Source: the human T2T-CHM13v2.0 reference genome, Homo sapiens. Taken from it: a stretch of DNA of 64,000 nt. Where the stretch lies: the NCBI RefSeq assembly GCF_009914755.1, contig NC_060926.1. One strand, 5' to 3'. Both the position numbers and the translations under genes were made by a program. The notes under the pieces are model-generated. The model ran no database searches. It had not been told where the DNA came from and saw nothing but the letters and a program-made list of their open reading frames with translations. This document shows, piece by piece, positions 1 through 15,437 of the stretch (within the stretch, counting starts at the first letter, position 1; the number at the start of each line of letters is the position of its first letter).

Positions 1-184
1 TCTAACACAAAGCCTATTTTACAATATACTGTTGAAAATCTAATGTAAGTTATTAGATACTGTACTGAAAGTGACAACAGAATGGTTATGTAGTTACTTA
101 AAATATGTTTCTACTTAATGCATATGACATTGCAAAGCCAAAAAATCATACACTGAACCATTTTAAGTTGATGAACTGTCTGTA
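1..184 (+). mobile_element. TcMar-Tigger DNA transposon end (MER47-like)
   Basis: aacacaaagcctatttt…tactgtactgaaagtga…aaccattttaagttg…ctgtctg followed by TA resembles the recalled MER47A 3' half. Confidence 0.6.
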
Positions 185-345
185 AGTCTATATACTATTG
201 TAAGATATACATAATAACAAAAGAACACTCTAATAATAATACAAAAAATACCCAAAAGAGGCAGAGTAGGGGAAAGGGAAGAAAGAACAGATAGGACAAC
301 AGCAAGATGGTATGTTCAAGATCAACCATAACAATAGTCACATTA

Positions 346-547
<202 letters not shown>

Positions 548-1371
548 CTTTAGAGACACAAGTAACTTAAAAGTAAAAGGAAGGAAAAAGACATACCCTG
601 CTAACATTAATGAAGAGACTACTAGAATGGTCACATTGATATCAGAGAAAGTAGATTTCAGAAAAATATTACCAGAAATAGAGTCCTTTCATAGCTTTAA
701 TGGAACCAAATCATCAAAACAATGTAATTATTCTAAATGCTTATGCACCTAATAATAGTGCTTCAAAAAATAAGAGAAAAATACATCAAACAACAGGAAA
801 AATAGGCAAATCCAAAGTTATAGTCAAAGATTTTGACACTATGTCTCAATAATTAATAGAACAAGTATACCAAAAAATCAATAAGGCTATAGAAGATTTG
901 AACAATATTATCAACTATCTTGACCTAATTAACGTTTATAGAACACTCTGCACAACAACTGAATACACATTTTTTTTCAAGAGCACATAGAACATTTAAC
1001 AGGACATACCGCATTCTGGACTATTAAAAAGTCTTAAAAGTTTTGAAAGAATTCAAGTCATACAACATATATTCTGTCAGCATAGTAAAATTAAATTAGA
1101 ATTCAATAGCAGAAAGAAATCTGGAAAATCTGCAAATACTTGGAAAATAAATTATATACTTCTTAATAACACATGGATCAAAGAAGGAAGCCAGAGAGAA
1201 ATTAGAAAGTATTTGAACTACATGAAAATAAAAACACTTCCTATAAAAATGTGTGGGATAAGAAAAATTGTGAGATGTCACTAAGAGGATAATTTATAAC
1301 ACTGAACTTAGAAAAGGAAGAAAGATTTCAAATAAATGACCTCAGCTTTCACTTAAAAAAATGGTAAGAGA

Positions 1372-2067
<696 letters not shown>

Positions 2068-2665
2068 TAAATTCAATCCAAATTAAGCATAAGAGAAATA
2101 AAAATTAGAGCAGAAATCAATGCGTTAGAAAAAATTTGGTAAAGTCATAGAAACCAAATGCCAGTTTTCTTATAAAGTCAATAAACCATTAACCAGACTG
2201 ATTAGTATAATATAAAACAAGACGTGTGAACATTATTAGGTTTGAGAGAGGGGACATCAGTACAGATTTCACAGATATTCAAAGGATGTTAAGGCAATAT
2301 TATGCACAATAAATTTGACAACTAAAATGTAATGGACAAAGATTTTGAAAGATTCAAATGATCATATTCATGCAAGAAGAAATAAATAGTGTGGCAACCT
2401 TGTAGATATTAAAGAAACTGAATTATAGCTAAATACTTTCTCACACAGGAAACTCCAGGTACAAATGACTTCACTGGCAAATTTGACTTGTTTCATAAAA
2501 AGAAATAATAACAATTCTACAGACATTCTTCCAGATAAATAAAGAGGAGTGAATATTTCCCCAACTCATTCTATGAAGCCAACATTACTCTGATACCAAA
2601 ATCAGACAAGGACATTAGAAAAAAAAATTTAGATTGATATCCTTCTTGAATTGATGTAAAATTTG

Positions 2666-2823
2666 GCACACACACAGATGAAAGACTGTGTGAAGACACA
2701 GGGAGAAGACAGCCATCTACGAGCCAAGGAGAGATGCCCCAGGAGAAATCAGCACTGCTCACAGGTTGATCTTGGACTTCTATCCTCCAGAAATGTGAGA
2801 AAATAAATTTGTCCAAGCCACCC
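2666..2823 (+). mobile_element. MLT1 (MaLR) LTR internal fragment lacking both termini
   Basis: tgtgaagacacagggagaagacagccatctacgagccaaggagag…ttgatcttggacttctatcctccagaaatgtgagaaaataaatt. Confidence 0.75.
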
Positions 2824-3320
2824 TCAAAAATAAAAACTAATAAAAATTTAGTGAATTGAACCCAACAATATATAAAAAAGATAATATATCATGACCAAGA
2901 AGATTTTATCCCAGGAATACAATGTGACTTTAACATTTGAAATTGATCAATGGACACATATTAACAGACTAAAACAGAAAAAGCATAACCATATGATCAT
3001 ATGGTGGACACATCACGTTACTGACATCACTGATCAGTCGCAGTGACATCAGTCACATCAGTGGACACAGAAAAAATACTTGATAGAATCTAATGTCATT
3101 TAATGAAAGTTTTATACACATTTAAAGAGTACTATTTGGGGACAAATTTGTCGTATAAAGAAGTGCAAGAGAATTATAAAGTACAACATTCAGGATTGTG
3201 GTTACCTCTGAGCAAAGAGGGAAAGGAATGGCACTGGGTTGAAACACCCATAGTGCTTCAAAGATAAAATAATATTTTTCTTCAACACAGTGGTTGATAC
3301 ACAGTGTTTGCTTAAACCCT

Positions 3321-3624
<304 letters not shown>

Positions 3625-4556
3625 AGTTGTTATCCTTTATACCTTACACATATTGGTATTTTTTCATGCTTTAATATTTAGTAAAAGCAATTTTTAAAGC
3701 TAGTATTTCTGTTCTTGGCCTTTTTCTGAAATTATCATACCAGAAAGACATTTATTTCCTGTATTTACAGCTTTGGAAACTCATAACATTTGCAGGTTGA
3801 AAGAAGAGCTGTTTGTATGAAGTATTCAGTTTTTTTTAGAAATATAGTGTGATTTTTCTATAAACAGAGGGAACTGGTATTTCAAGTATACTACGTGAAG
3901 AACAAGAGTGTGATTAGAGCCAACAAGCCAAAAAATAGAGAGGAATCACTACCCTAGTGGTCAGTTATATATAACCGAGAGAAAGACAGCAAAGTGAGAC
4001 TAGCCTGCTAATCATATATTTTTCTACATTTCTAAAGTTCATTACTCAAAATACAAGTGAATTATATTTATTCCAAACAGTTCTGTTACGTTTTGGTCTT
4101 TATTTAGACCTGTCCCAGAATTGGACCCCAATTACCTTCTCCTACCCTTCCTTGCTAGGAACTTGTCTGAAAATTCTGCCACAAGAATTTTACAGTGTTT
4201 AAATACATTTACACTACACCATTCCTATAATTATATATATCTCACAATGAACAGTTGTCTCATTCATGAGTCTAGAATCCTTTGCTGAATGGACATGCCC
4301 AAATTTGGTGTCATTTATTTATTCTTACACATGCCGCATTCACTCAGCAGACATTAATGAGTACCTGAGCGGTGCTAGACGTGGTACTAGGCTAAAATGG
4401 AAAAACAAGACAAATGCCCTGCTGAAGGTGTTTAATGTGAAACAGACCCGTGCACAAATAATTGAGATATTTGCAATTCAGAAGAAATAGTATGTGTTAC
4501 TTAGATTTTGTACCTAAGTACAAAGTTGCATGGCCTACTTAAAAACCTTCTTCTAT

Positions 4557-4700
4557 AGCCAGGTGCAGTGGCACCGGCTGTCATTCCATCTACTTGGGTT
4601 GCTGAGGCAGGAGGATCACTTGAGTGCAGGAATTTGAGTCCAGCCAGGGCAACATAGCAAGATCCCTGTCTCTAAATTTTTTTAATAAATAAAAATGTTT
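4557..4700 (+). mobile_element. FLAM (left Alu monomer)
   Basis: agccaggtgcagtggc…gaggcaggaggatcacttgag…gggcaacatagcaagatccctgtctct. Confidence 0.75.
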
Positions 4701-4756
4701 AAATTTGTATAATGTAAAAATGTTTAATGTTGTGTAGTAAGGTAAAATTCTATTTA

Positions 4757-5189
<433 letters not shown>

Positions 5190-6169
5190 CTGATGTGCTA
5201 GAGTACAGAAAAGCTGGCAAAAGTGGTGAGATGTGAAAGGCTATCATAATCTATTTGTGAACACCTACTTCTGTTAGGTTTCATGATAAATTTTTACATC
5301 AAGTTGTCTCATCCTATGAGGCCTTATCTACATTTTACAAATAAGTTCAGTAAGCTTGAAAAAAGACTCAGTAATTAAATCATACTCACAGATGTAATTA
5401 GCATCAGAATCCAGGGCCTTTTAAGGTCAAAGCTTGGGATCTTCCTTTTTATTTTCATGCTACTCCCTTCCCCAGGAGTAAAGGTGTTCTAGGTGCTAAA
5501 AGGCATTTTTGCTCCTCCCAGATCAATTGATGCAAATAATTATTCACCTAAAACCTTTATTGTCTTTATGAACCTTCATGTCTGTCTGACCTTCCACTCT
5601 TCCTGAAGCATATCTTTTTCTTAATGAAACTATTTAACATATTTTATTCTAACAAATATGTCATTTGTATCTCCTCATTAGACCATGGGGTTGAGTATCT
5701 GATTCTTTTAAGAAAAACAGTGTGTACTGAATGGATTAAAACAAATTAACAAATTTATGAAGGAATTACTTGGATTTTCCAATATTCTTTAATGAGCTAA
5801 AGATGACAGTGTAAGAACATATGAAAAGTATTGGATTTTCGCAACTTTCAATTTAAGACTTTCTAAGGTTCATAGAGAAAGAAAAGGAATTTTAAAGAGA
5901 TCACTGAAGAGTTGTGAACATATGGATAGTTGGATAACGATGAAGGGAATAAGCCCTCCTTTTTTACCCTATGTCACCATGGCTGAGAGATGCATTATGA
6001 TATTGGAAAAAAATTTCAGCTGCTGAGTTCTGATTAGCTCACTCTCAGAGCTGCAGCACATTCGAGATGGAACACAGTGCTTTTGGGAAAGCTTGCTAAG
6101 ATAAATGAGATAAATGTTTGCACCATTATACTAATTCCCTAGCCCCCTTTTCAGCAAAAGCCTTGTTTT

Positions 6170-6208
6170 GTGTGTGTGGGTGTGGGTGTGTGTTTGTGTG
6201 TGTGTGTG
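6170..6208. repeat. Imperfect (TG)n microsatellite
   Basis: tgtgtgtgtgggtgtgggtgtgtgtttgtgtgtgtgtgtg. Confidence 0.9.
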
Positions 6209-9105
6209 TTTCAATAGATGGAAGAATTTTTTAACACATGAAAACTCACATTGCTGAAAACTCAAAAAGTCTTCCTAAGCAGAATCATTATGCCAAATTG
6301 TCATTGACATACGAAAACACTATAGATTAATGCAGTAATAGTTCATGGTTGCTCAGGAAGAAACTTAATTTACAATTTGAAACAGGTTTGCATTCCTTAG
6401 AAATTCTGGAAATCAATCAGTGGCACAGAAATTGATCTGCTAAAGGAGAGGAAAATTGATTTTTAATATTGGCAACTACATCAATTTTTTTAAGTTCTGA
6501 AGGAACAACTCTTGAAAACAAATTTATTAACTGTTAAGGGATTACTTGATATTTAGTTTCCTAGCAAACTATCCAAAGAGAAGTATTTATGGCCTCATTA
6601 GAAGATGTATTTTTATTGTGCCAAACATCAACTTCAAAATTGCAGTCTCTATTATTTCAAAGATATGGAAATCAAAAATTAAATGAAATGGAGTTATCTA
6701 TATAAGACTACCATTGCATCATATTTTAGAGTGGTACTTTGCCTCAAAGTATCTCAATATGAATAGTAAGAATCTGAACACATTTGCATATTCCCCATTC
6801 GTGATATAGTGTTGGCATTCTAAAAAAGAATAACTGTAGCTGATGGCAATTTTTATCTGAAGAGACTTGTGCATGATAGCAATATACAATCTTCTGTCAG
6901 CATAAGAAGAGCATCTGGGGCCCATTAACTCACCAAATCTGCCACTGTTCTGCAAATTTTTATTAAGCAAGTGTAGTCCCTAATAGTCACTTATGTTATA
7001 GAATGCGTATCAAATGCTATCAATAAGCAAGGGGATTGTTTTCCCCCAGTGAGAATGCATTTGAAGTGTATAAGAAAGCTTGACAAAAGAATAAAACACT
7101 TTAAGTGATCACTATATTAATATAAATGTATCCTACTGGGAAGCCAATGTGTGTAAGTATTATGTGCACTTTGATGTTTGCCACTAACTAGTTCTCAGAG
7201 TGCCATCTTTTTCATAGATTTTTTCCCCTGTATTTTCTTTCTCTCAATTCTAATGATGAACTGGTTGAAATTAAGTGAAAAGACACAGACTGTTTATTTA
7301 TGCTTTTTAAAAAGATGCCATTGATGCTGGGCAGTTCTAATTAGCTTCAAAGGCTTACAACCATGAGAATTAGAAACATAGGCCATCAGGCTGCTGTTTC
7401 TCAAACAAGTCTTCCTGAATCAGAGAACACACCAGGAAATTAACAAGCATCCAAGCCAAAGAGTGTCCTCTTTATTAAGCACCTTATGATAATTAGGTAA
7501 AATAATGTACATCAATCTTGAATTGAATATGAGGAAGCATGAGGTTAGTCTAGAAATCCTATTATCTAAATAAATCGGAAGAAAGATCAAGAGGAGGCAG
7601 TCCATGGTACTCTCTAAGTATGTAATAATGGTTATAATAAAATAACAGTTATAAAAATATTTATGAATTGCAGCTTCAGAAACCTGAGCATTTCATTGGT
7701 ATCTCTTCAATTATTGTAATATCCATTTACGATAATCAAGAGCAAGTAGTACCAGTCCTTGGGTAAAACTGAAGGATAAGAAAGGGAATGAAATAACCTT
7801 TAAATACAAATACTTTTTTAAAAAAGAAAGAAGAAAGAAAAGGAGAAAAAATTCTGTCATCAGAACGAGAACAAGAAACTTAGACTCTTGCTCCATCAAC
7901 ACTCTCTTACTCAATGCTTTTAATTAATACTTTACTGTTTTGGAATCAAAGACCTTTCCCACACCAGGCCCATTTATTTTTCAATCTCTTGTAAATAAGT
8001 CCTTTGTTTAAAATGACACACCTGTCACATTTCATATCACTACCATTCCAATCACTGTGCTAAATATTATGCAGTGAAACTACTAGACGTAAGCTTAAGC
8101 CCCAAGAGATAATTTTAATAGTAGCTCTAAGTTAATGTGAGTTATAAAGGAAGTTGGTATTAATTATAACACTTGCCATTTAAAAAAAAACTTGGTGGCA
8201 TGTGTAATTTTACCTCATTTTCTCATTTGCTACTGTTATTTAAATTACTTCCCAGCACTAAGCATGTGTATAAAAGATGATTGTTCCAAATTTAACCTTT
8301 TAAATAAAATGTATTCTATCAATTAAGTCATTATAGTTCCCTCTCTTTTCCATTATGTTTATTCATTTATCTTCTGTCCTAAAGATAGACATCTGTGTCA
8401 GTGAATATTTCAGAGAAAGGCCTCTAATTTTTATGCCTATCACCCATTTGGATTTTCTACAATGTTTTTCAAATAGTTTATATTAGTGTTTGATATAATT
8501 TCAAATTGTCAATTAAAATAATGATAAGTATAAGAAATAATAAATATTATTCAGCCAAAAAGTTAAGAAGATAATTTGTTAAGCCTAATATGGCCAGGGA
8601 ATTTGCAAGTACTTAAATCAGCTTAGATTTTTTAAAAAAGATAAAAACAAAGCAGCAAAAGCCTTACCTTTGTATGAATCCCTTCTTCTGAATGACTATA
8701 CATAATAAAACCGTACAGTCTAGTGTACTTTCATTGCCTTTCTTCCACTGCAGGATGATTTAGGAGCCAGGTAAATTGCTAGGTCGTATCTTTTGTGGTT
8801 GTGGAATGATCCATACAATAACAATGTAAAAGTACCTAGTGCCCGGCTGAAGCATAGTATGTTCTCAATTATTTTCTCTCTTTAGTTCTTTATAATCCTG
8901 AGCAAATTAAATCACGTACCCCACAACCGTCATCAAATACACCACCTTTACCACTCTCACAACTTCCATTTATCAAATGTTTTCATTTATTGAGAATTAT
9001 GTGTCTGGAACTGTGCAAAGTGCTTTTGTACATTTTTTTTCATTTAGTTCCAACTCTCTGTGTACTGTTTTTTCCCCCATTTCTCATATGGAGAAACTAA
9101 AGCTA

Positions 9106-9417
<312 letters not shown>

Positions 9418-9499
9418 TTAGTAACTTGCCTGGTAATGCTGGCATTCAACCCACATCTGTCTGATTACTAGCTATGATGTTAGTCTCTCTTTCTATTTT

Positions 9500-10175
9500 G
9501 TTTCTCATTAATGATGATGACAGTAGTTCATATTTATTAAGTACTTATTCTGTTGTCTTCTAAGTACCTTGCATATATTTGCACATGTAATCATCACCAC
9601 AAACCTGTGGGGTAAGCAATATCCTCTTATGATGAGACTGAGGCCACAGAAAGTTAAAATGATTTGCACAAAACTGTTGTTTCCAAACAAGGATTCCAAT
9701 TCAGAAAGATTATTTCTCATCTGTAGAATGAGAATGGATATTTTAGCTTGAACCCATCAGAATCATCAATTTCAAAACATGTTAAACAAAATTATAGCTA
9801 ACATTTAGTAAGCTTGGTCACCACAGAAAGATAACTATTAATAGCATATATTCAAATAAAGAGAGTAGTTTTCCAGCATATAGTTAGTTGCGTTGTCTTA
9901 TATTCCAGGTTTCTCAGGTAATGACTCTTCTGTGACTCTTATCACAAGTGTAATGGAGTGGTTAAGAGTGCCATATTTAAGTTCAGGCTTCTCCATTTAT
10001 GAGGTGTATGTCAGTTTCTTTATCTGTAATATAAGGATAGTAATAATAATACTTTCCAGGTCGTTGTGAGAATCGAATGAATGAATAGATACAAAGTGCA
10101 TAGCATAAAACCTGTGTATTACAAGTACTCAGAAAATATGAGTTCCTATGGTTATTTTTAATCATTATCATTGTT
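9500..10175. mobile_element. MIR fragments (both orientations)
   Basis: gagactgaggccacagaaagttaaa…; tcagtttctttatctgtaatataaggata…gttgtgagaatcgaatga. Confidence 0.7.
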
Positions 10176-10664
10176 TTCTAATGCTTTTCTACTTACAGTG
10201 TAGATTGATTCTATGTAAGTGCTTTTTAGGCCTGAGAAAAACAGAATTTGGCTCACAACTGGTGCCTTATAAATACTTACCTCCCAACTAGAAATAAAAC
10301 AAAAAGTCTAACAATATTTTTAAGCAGTTGGGAACAGAATAATCACAGATATGTAGTGCTTTTATCTAGAAAATAAAGAAATAGCTTAGAAAAGGAGGGC
10401 TAGGTGGGAGTGGGAAGATTATGTATAGTAACTGGGTCAATTAAGACTGAATGTTGTGGGCAGAGAAAAAAAGGGACATGTTACTCTGAGATCAATCTAG
10501 TGTTAGGCGAAATGGAAGAGATTCTTCTTGTTAGCAAATTTCCCCTCGCCTTGCTTCAACCCTTGAGACCACAGTTTTGTGTACTAACATAGACAGTGGC
10601 ACATGGTAATAAACAGCTTTTGTTGAATATTAAAGTGATGATCTATGCAGAGATGCTTAAGGAT

Positions 10665-11610
10665 TAAGAACTTTGCATCTGTGTTCATGAAGGATGTGGG
10701 TTAGCAGTTTTCATATCATGTATTTTTCTGATATTAGTTAGTATCTGGGTAACACTAGCCTCATAGAGTGGCTTGGGAAATCCTCTCTCTTTCTAATACA
10801 TTTTCTGTAGAATTGGTCTTATTTATTTCTTAAATGTTTGGTAGAATTCACCAGTGAAGCCATCTGGGCCTAGAGTTTTGTTTGTGGGAAAGTTTTACTT
10901 ATAAACACATTTTTTTTTTCAAAAAACTACTATAGGGCGACCCATGTTATCTAATTCTTCCTATATGAGCTTCAGTAATTGTGTCTTTTAAAAACGAATC
11001 CGTTTCATCAGAGCTCCATTAATCTAGAGTTAGTTTTTCCCCGCTGTTGAGGCAAGACCCTTCTTCACATTCAAATGGATGCCCTTCAGTTATGAAGTTT
11101 TCTACTCTGGCTGTTGGAAATAGGCACTATTCCCAGCCCTGTGTGAACTTCGGATGCTGTTCCTCTTCCAGTTTGGAATGGTTCTTTGCCAACTCTTGGG
11201 TTAATTTTCTTACACACATATGATCATCAGTATTCAACTACATATATGAGGAGATTTTTCTGAAGATAGTATTGCTCTTTCCTCTCTGGTTCTCTGCTCT
11301 GCAACCTCTGTCTGCTTTGGCTTCCTGGGATGCCCAGCACCATGCCCTCAAGCTGGGGCCATCACTGTTCTGCTTGGGTGTTGCCTTTCCCGCACGGCTG
11401 CCTGGAGGCTTTCTTCAGAGAATAAGCTGGGGCAATTGTAAAGTTCACGTCATTTGTTTTCCATCTCTTGGGATCACTGCATTTTGTTGCCTAATGTCTA
11501 ATCTGTTGAATGCCATTGTTTCTTGTTTTGTCTAGTTTTTAAAATTGTTTCAAGGGGAATTACAAATCTGTTCCCTTTTACTCTATTTTGACTAGATAAC
11601 AGAAGTCTAA
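10665..11610 (-). mobile_element. Old L1 fragments (ORF2 piece plus 5'-region piece)
   Basis: tttgcatctgtgttcatga…ggtagaattcaccagtgaagccatctgggcct is antisense L1 ORF2. Confidence 0.75.
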
Positions 11611-12011
11611 TTCTTAAGTATTTAATATACACACAGACACACACACGTATTGCTGTTATGCTGAAAGAATTTTATTATATTGTATACATCCCTGGGTCTA
11701 TGAATTTGGTTTCTCCTCTTGTAAATGTGGAAGAAACAACCCAGTTAAAATAACTGAAAGTATTGAAAATTATGAGAAAATGAAGTTATGTTCATAAAAG
11801 ATCTAATAAACATATATTTATTCATAGCTGTCTTCAAGATATCTACCAATAAAAGTGAGGTATCCCAGGGTAGGCTGGGAGAAAAAAATGTTTCTCAAAT
11901 CTCTGCCAGTAAAAGATTTAACTTATTATGAATCTGCATTAATTTACTGTTTAAAAATTGTCTGATTTACAAGCCGGTCTGATCCTTGTCTCTTTTATTT
12001 CTTCTCCTCAG

Positions 12012-12056
12012 TGCCAGATGAAAGCAAGGTTCACTCATTGGCTGGACAAAAATCGG
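12012..12056 (+). CDS. PARD3B: 45-nt internal coding exon of PARD3B, (V)PDESKVHSLAGQKS(E), phase 1/1
   Basis: Strong polypyrimidine tract ccttgtctcttttatttcttctcctcAG (AG 12010-12011), candidate branch point ctgAt at ~11982, donor G|GTAAGA at 12057. Length is a multiple of 3 with an open frame. The peptide matches my recollection of PARD3B KSMDLVPDESKVHSLAGQKSESPSKDF. Confidence 0.92.
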
Positions 12057-12239
12057 GTAAGAAATTCCTTGTAACTGACTATATTCCTCTTCCTGGAAAT
12101 CACTGGCTGTGTTTTAGTAGCAGTTGGAACCTGTTTCTATCCACTAGTCACTGAAAGGCTTTCTAATTAATACATGAGATGTCTCTGACTTCCACAAAGA
12201 TGACTTATTGCTTGGCTGTGTGTATAGTGGCATAATGTA

Positions 12240-12252
12240 TGCTGACTCAGAA
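12240..12252 (+). promoter_or_regulatory. Near-perfect T-MARE/AP-1 motif
   Basis: TGCTGACTCAGAA versus consensus TGCTGA(C/G)TCAGCA; motif only. Confidence 0.25.
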
Positions 12253-14048
12253 TGTTTGGGAGGAAAGAATAAAGATTTCCAAAAAGATATATAAAACCAA
12301 AAATCTTAAATCTGTACTCTAGCTAAACACTTAAAAAAATTGCAAGAAAACCCAAGAAAGTTCAAGATTCTTTCCCATGATGACTTTCATATTTAAGTGG
12401 CGGGACAGAGAATTCCAGAATAAGAAAGATACGATCATTTTTTTCTCCTCAAAAAAGAATAGGATTTTTTTTCTTTTTTTTTTTCTGCCTGTCATCAAAA
12501 TGGATTGTTCCAGGGATGTATGCATTATTTTTATTTAGAGACATGAATGAGCTCCCTAGATATTCTCTAGGAAGTCCACAAAAATTTCTAAGGATCTCTT
12601 AGGTCTTTATCATGTGTGAGTTACCTTCACTCCTAAAATCCAAGCTGTTTTTTCATTGCCAAGTCGACTGCCTTCTATTCCTTTTTCCTTCCTCCATCAT
12701 CATTTATTCACATTAGTTGAAAACATTTAAAGCTACTAAGCTAGCAAATAGTGGAGTAATCCCTTTCCTCTAGGGGCACATTGTTTTGGAGGAGAAAATG
12801 TCCATTTTGCTCATAGCATTGCCCCTCTAAACAACAGAAGGATTATGATTTTCTGACATCCCTCCATTGGTGAAACAAAGAAGTCTTTCCCATCACCAAG
12901 TGTCTCCCGTGTTTGTGTGCCAATTATGTTTTCAGCAGTAAGTGGCCTTGATGCCTCATTACCTCCATCATGTTCCAGGGCAAGATTATGATTTTTTTCC
13001 TTTCTTCTTTCTCCAGATTCTCTTGTGATAACAGCAGGGAAGGGCTGGTTCACAACTCTTAGATTTTTTTTTCTTGCTTTTCCTAATAAAAAGCCTAAGA
13101 AGTTAGATCACTGTGAAAGAGATTTCTATGGGAGTGATAAATTGCCACATGCTCCTTGCTCCCAACATCCTCTTCCATTAAATTCTCTACTACTGGACAT
13201 ATTTTTAGGAGCTTCAGAAGGAAGTTCTCATGACCAGGGAACCCCAAGGATAATCTATAATATCTTCATCTTAAATACATTCTACTGCTTATAGTTCTCT
13301 TATACATATTGTTATAATACCTGAAGATGAAAAGCCTTTTCTTAGTACTGGGATAGGCTTCAAGGCAAAAAGTTGAAGTCCTTTTCTGGAATTTTTATCA
13401 ATTTGGTTTTTGAAAATGAGCAAATAATAAATTTTCTGGCTTTTTCCAGGAAATCAAATCTTATTCTAACCTTAATTTCCAAGCACACTACTATTAGGTG
13501 GCAATTAAAAGTTTGTCACTCTTTTTAGATGAGAACTTTGTCATCTTTGTATATTGCCATAACATTTTATGTAAATTTCAATGATCTGTCTTTACATAGT
13601 ATGATATAAAATATTAATAAAGAATTATGCTAAGTGCAAAATTTGAAATAATAATCTTCCAAAAAAGTTTTAGTCAAAAATGGCAGAATTTTAAAGCTGT
13701 CACACAGGTTCATTGCAAATTCCATACAGCAACTTCACTTTAGCTGATAGAAATAGTTCCAACAGTCTTTATGTCACATGAACCACACTGTTTAAATACT
13801 TCTGATGTTTTAAAGAATATTTCTGTTACTAATTAGTACTGTTATTCCAACATGCACTATTTTTATATTTTTAAGTGCTATTATAACGTTATTACTACTT
13901 CACGTTTTTCATTGGGCATCTGTAGAAATGCTGAAAAATAACCAGCCACTTGATAACTTTGGAGCAAAAGTGGCCTGCAATGAAGAGGGCTAAACAATCA
14001 CCAAAAACCATATACTGTAGAGTCACATTAAATGAGAGCATCTTGTAA

Positions 14049-14475
<427 letters not shown>

Positions 14476-14613
14476 ACTCCCCCAATTTTTTACATTTCTT
14501 TCTTTTGGAAAATTAGTCTTGAATTATAATGATCCTCAGGAACTCACCCCTCACATAAAACATAGCTCCCCTCTGTGCGTTGCATTTACGTGAAGGGATA
14601 TCTCATTGGGATT

Positions 14614-14667
14614 TGGTGGTGGTGGTGGTGGTGGTGGTGGTGGTGGTGGCGGCAGCAGCAGCAGCAG
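14614..14667 (+). repeat. Compound trinucleotide repeat (TGG)12 CGG (CAG)5
   Basis: Read directly; ORF track gives W12-R-Q5. Confidence 0.95.
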
Positions 14668-14834
14668 AGGGTTAAGGGTTCTCTTGATTCTAACAACCTC
14701 TTTCAGTTACAAAATCATTTTTTAAATTCATTTAAATTCACCTGTAGTCTCAGTCGGCTACAGGTCATCTGTGACCACTAAGCAAGTTACCAGGTTGTAT
14801 TTTAACTTATAAATCTCTACTTGTCTCACCATTC

Positions 14835-15139
14835 TTTTTTTTTTTTTTTTTTTTTTTTTGAGACGGAGTGGCTCTGTCCGCCAGGCTGGAGTGCAGTGGC
14901 GCGATCTAGGCTCACTGCAAGCTCCGCCTCCCGGGTTCACGCCATTTCTCCTGCCTCAGCCTCCCGAGTAGCTGGGACCACAGGCGCCCACTACCGCGCC
15001 TGGCTAATTTTTTGTATTTTCAGTAGAGACAAGGTTTCACCATGTTAGCCAGGATGGTTTCGATCTCCTGACCTTGTGATCCGCCCGCCTCGGCCTCCCA
15101 AAGTGCTGGGATTACAGGCGTGAGCCACCGCGCCCAGCC
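14835..15139 (-). mobile_element. AluY
   Basis: CpG-rich, gcaagctccgcctcccgggttcacgccatt; perfect TSD tgtctcaccattct (14822-14835 / 15140-15153). Confidence 0.95.
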
Positions 15140-15231
15140 TGTCTCACCATTCTTAAAAGGAATCAGTTAACTTCTTTTTGTTGTGATATTGTCCCCTTTT
15201 CCAAATTCTTTCTTCAGAATATTTAGGTTAA

Positions 15232-15437
<206 letters not shown>

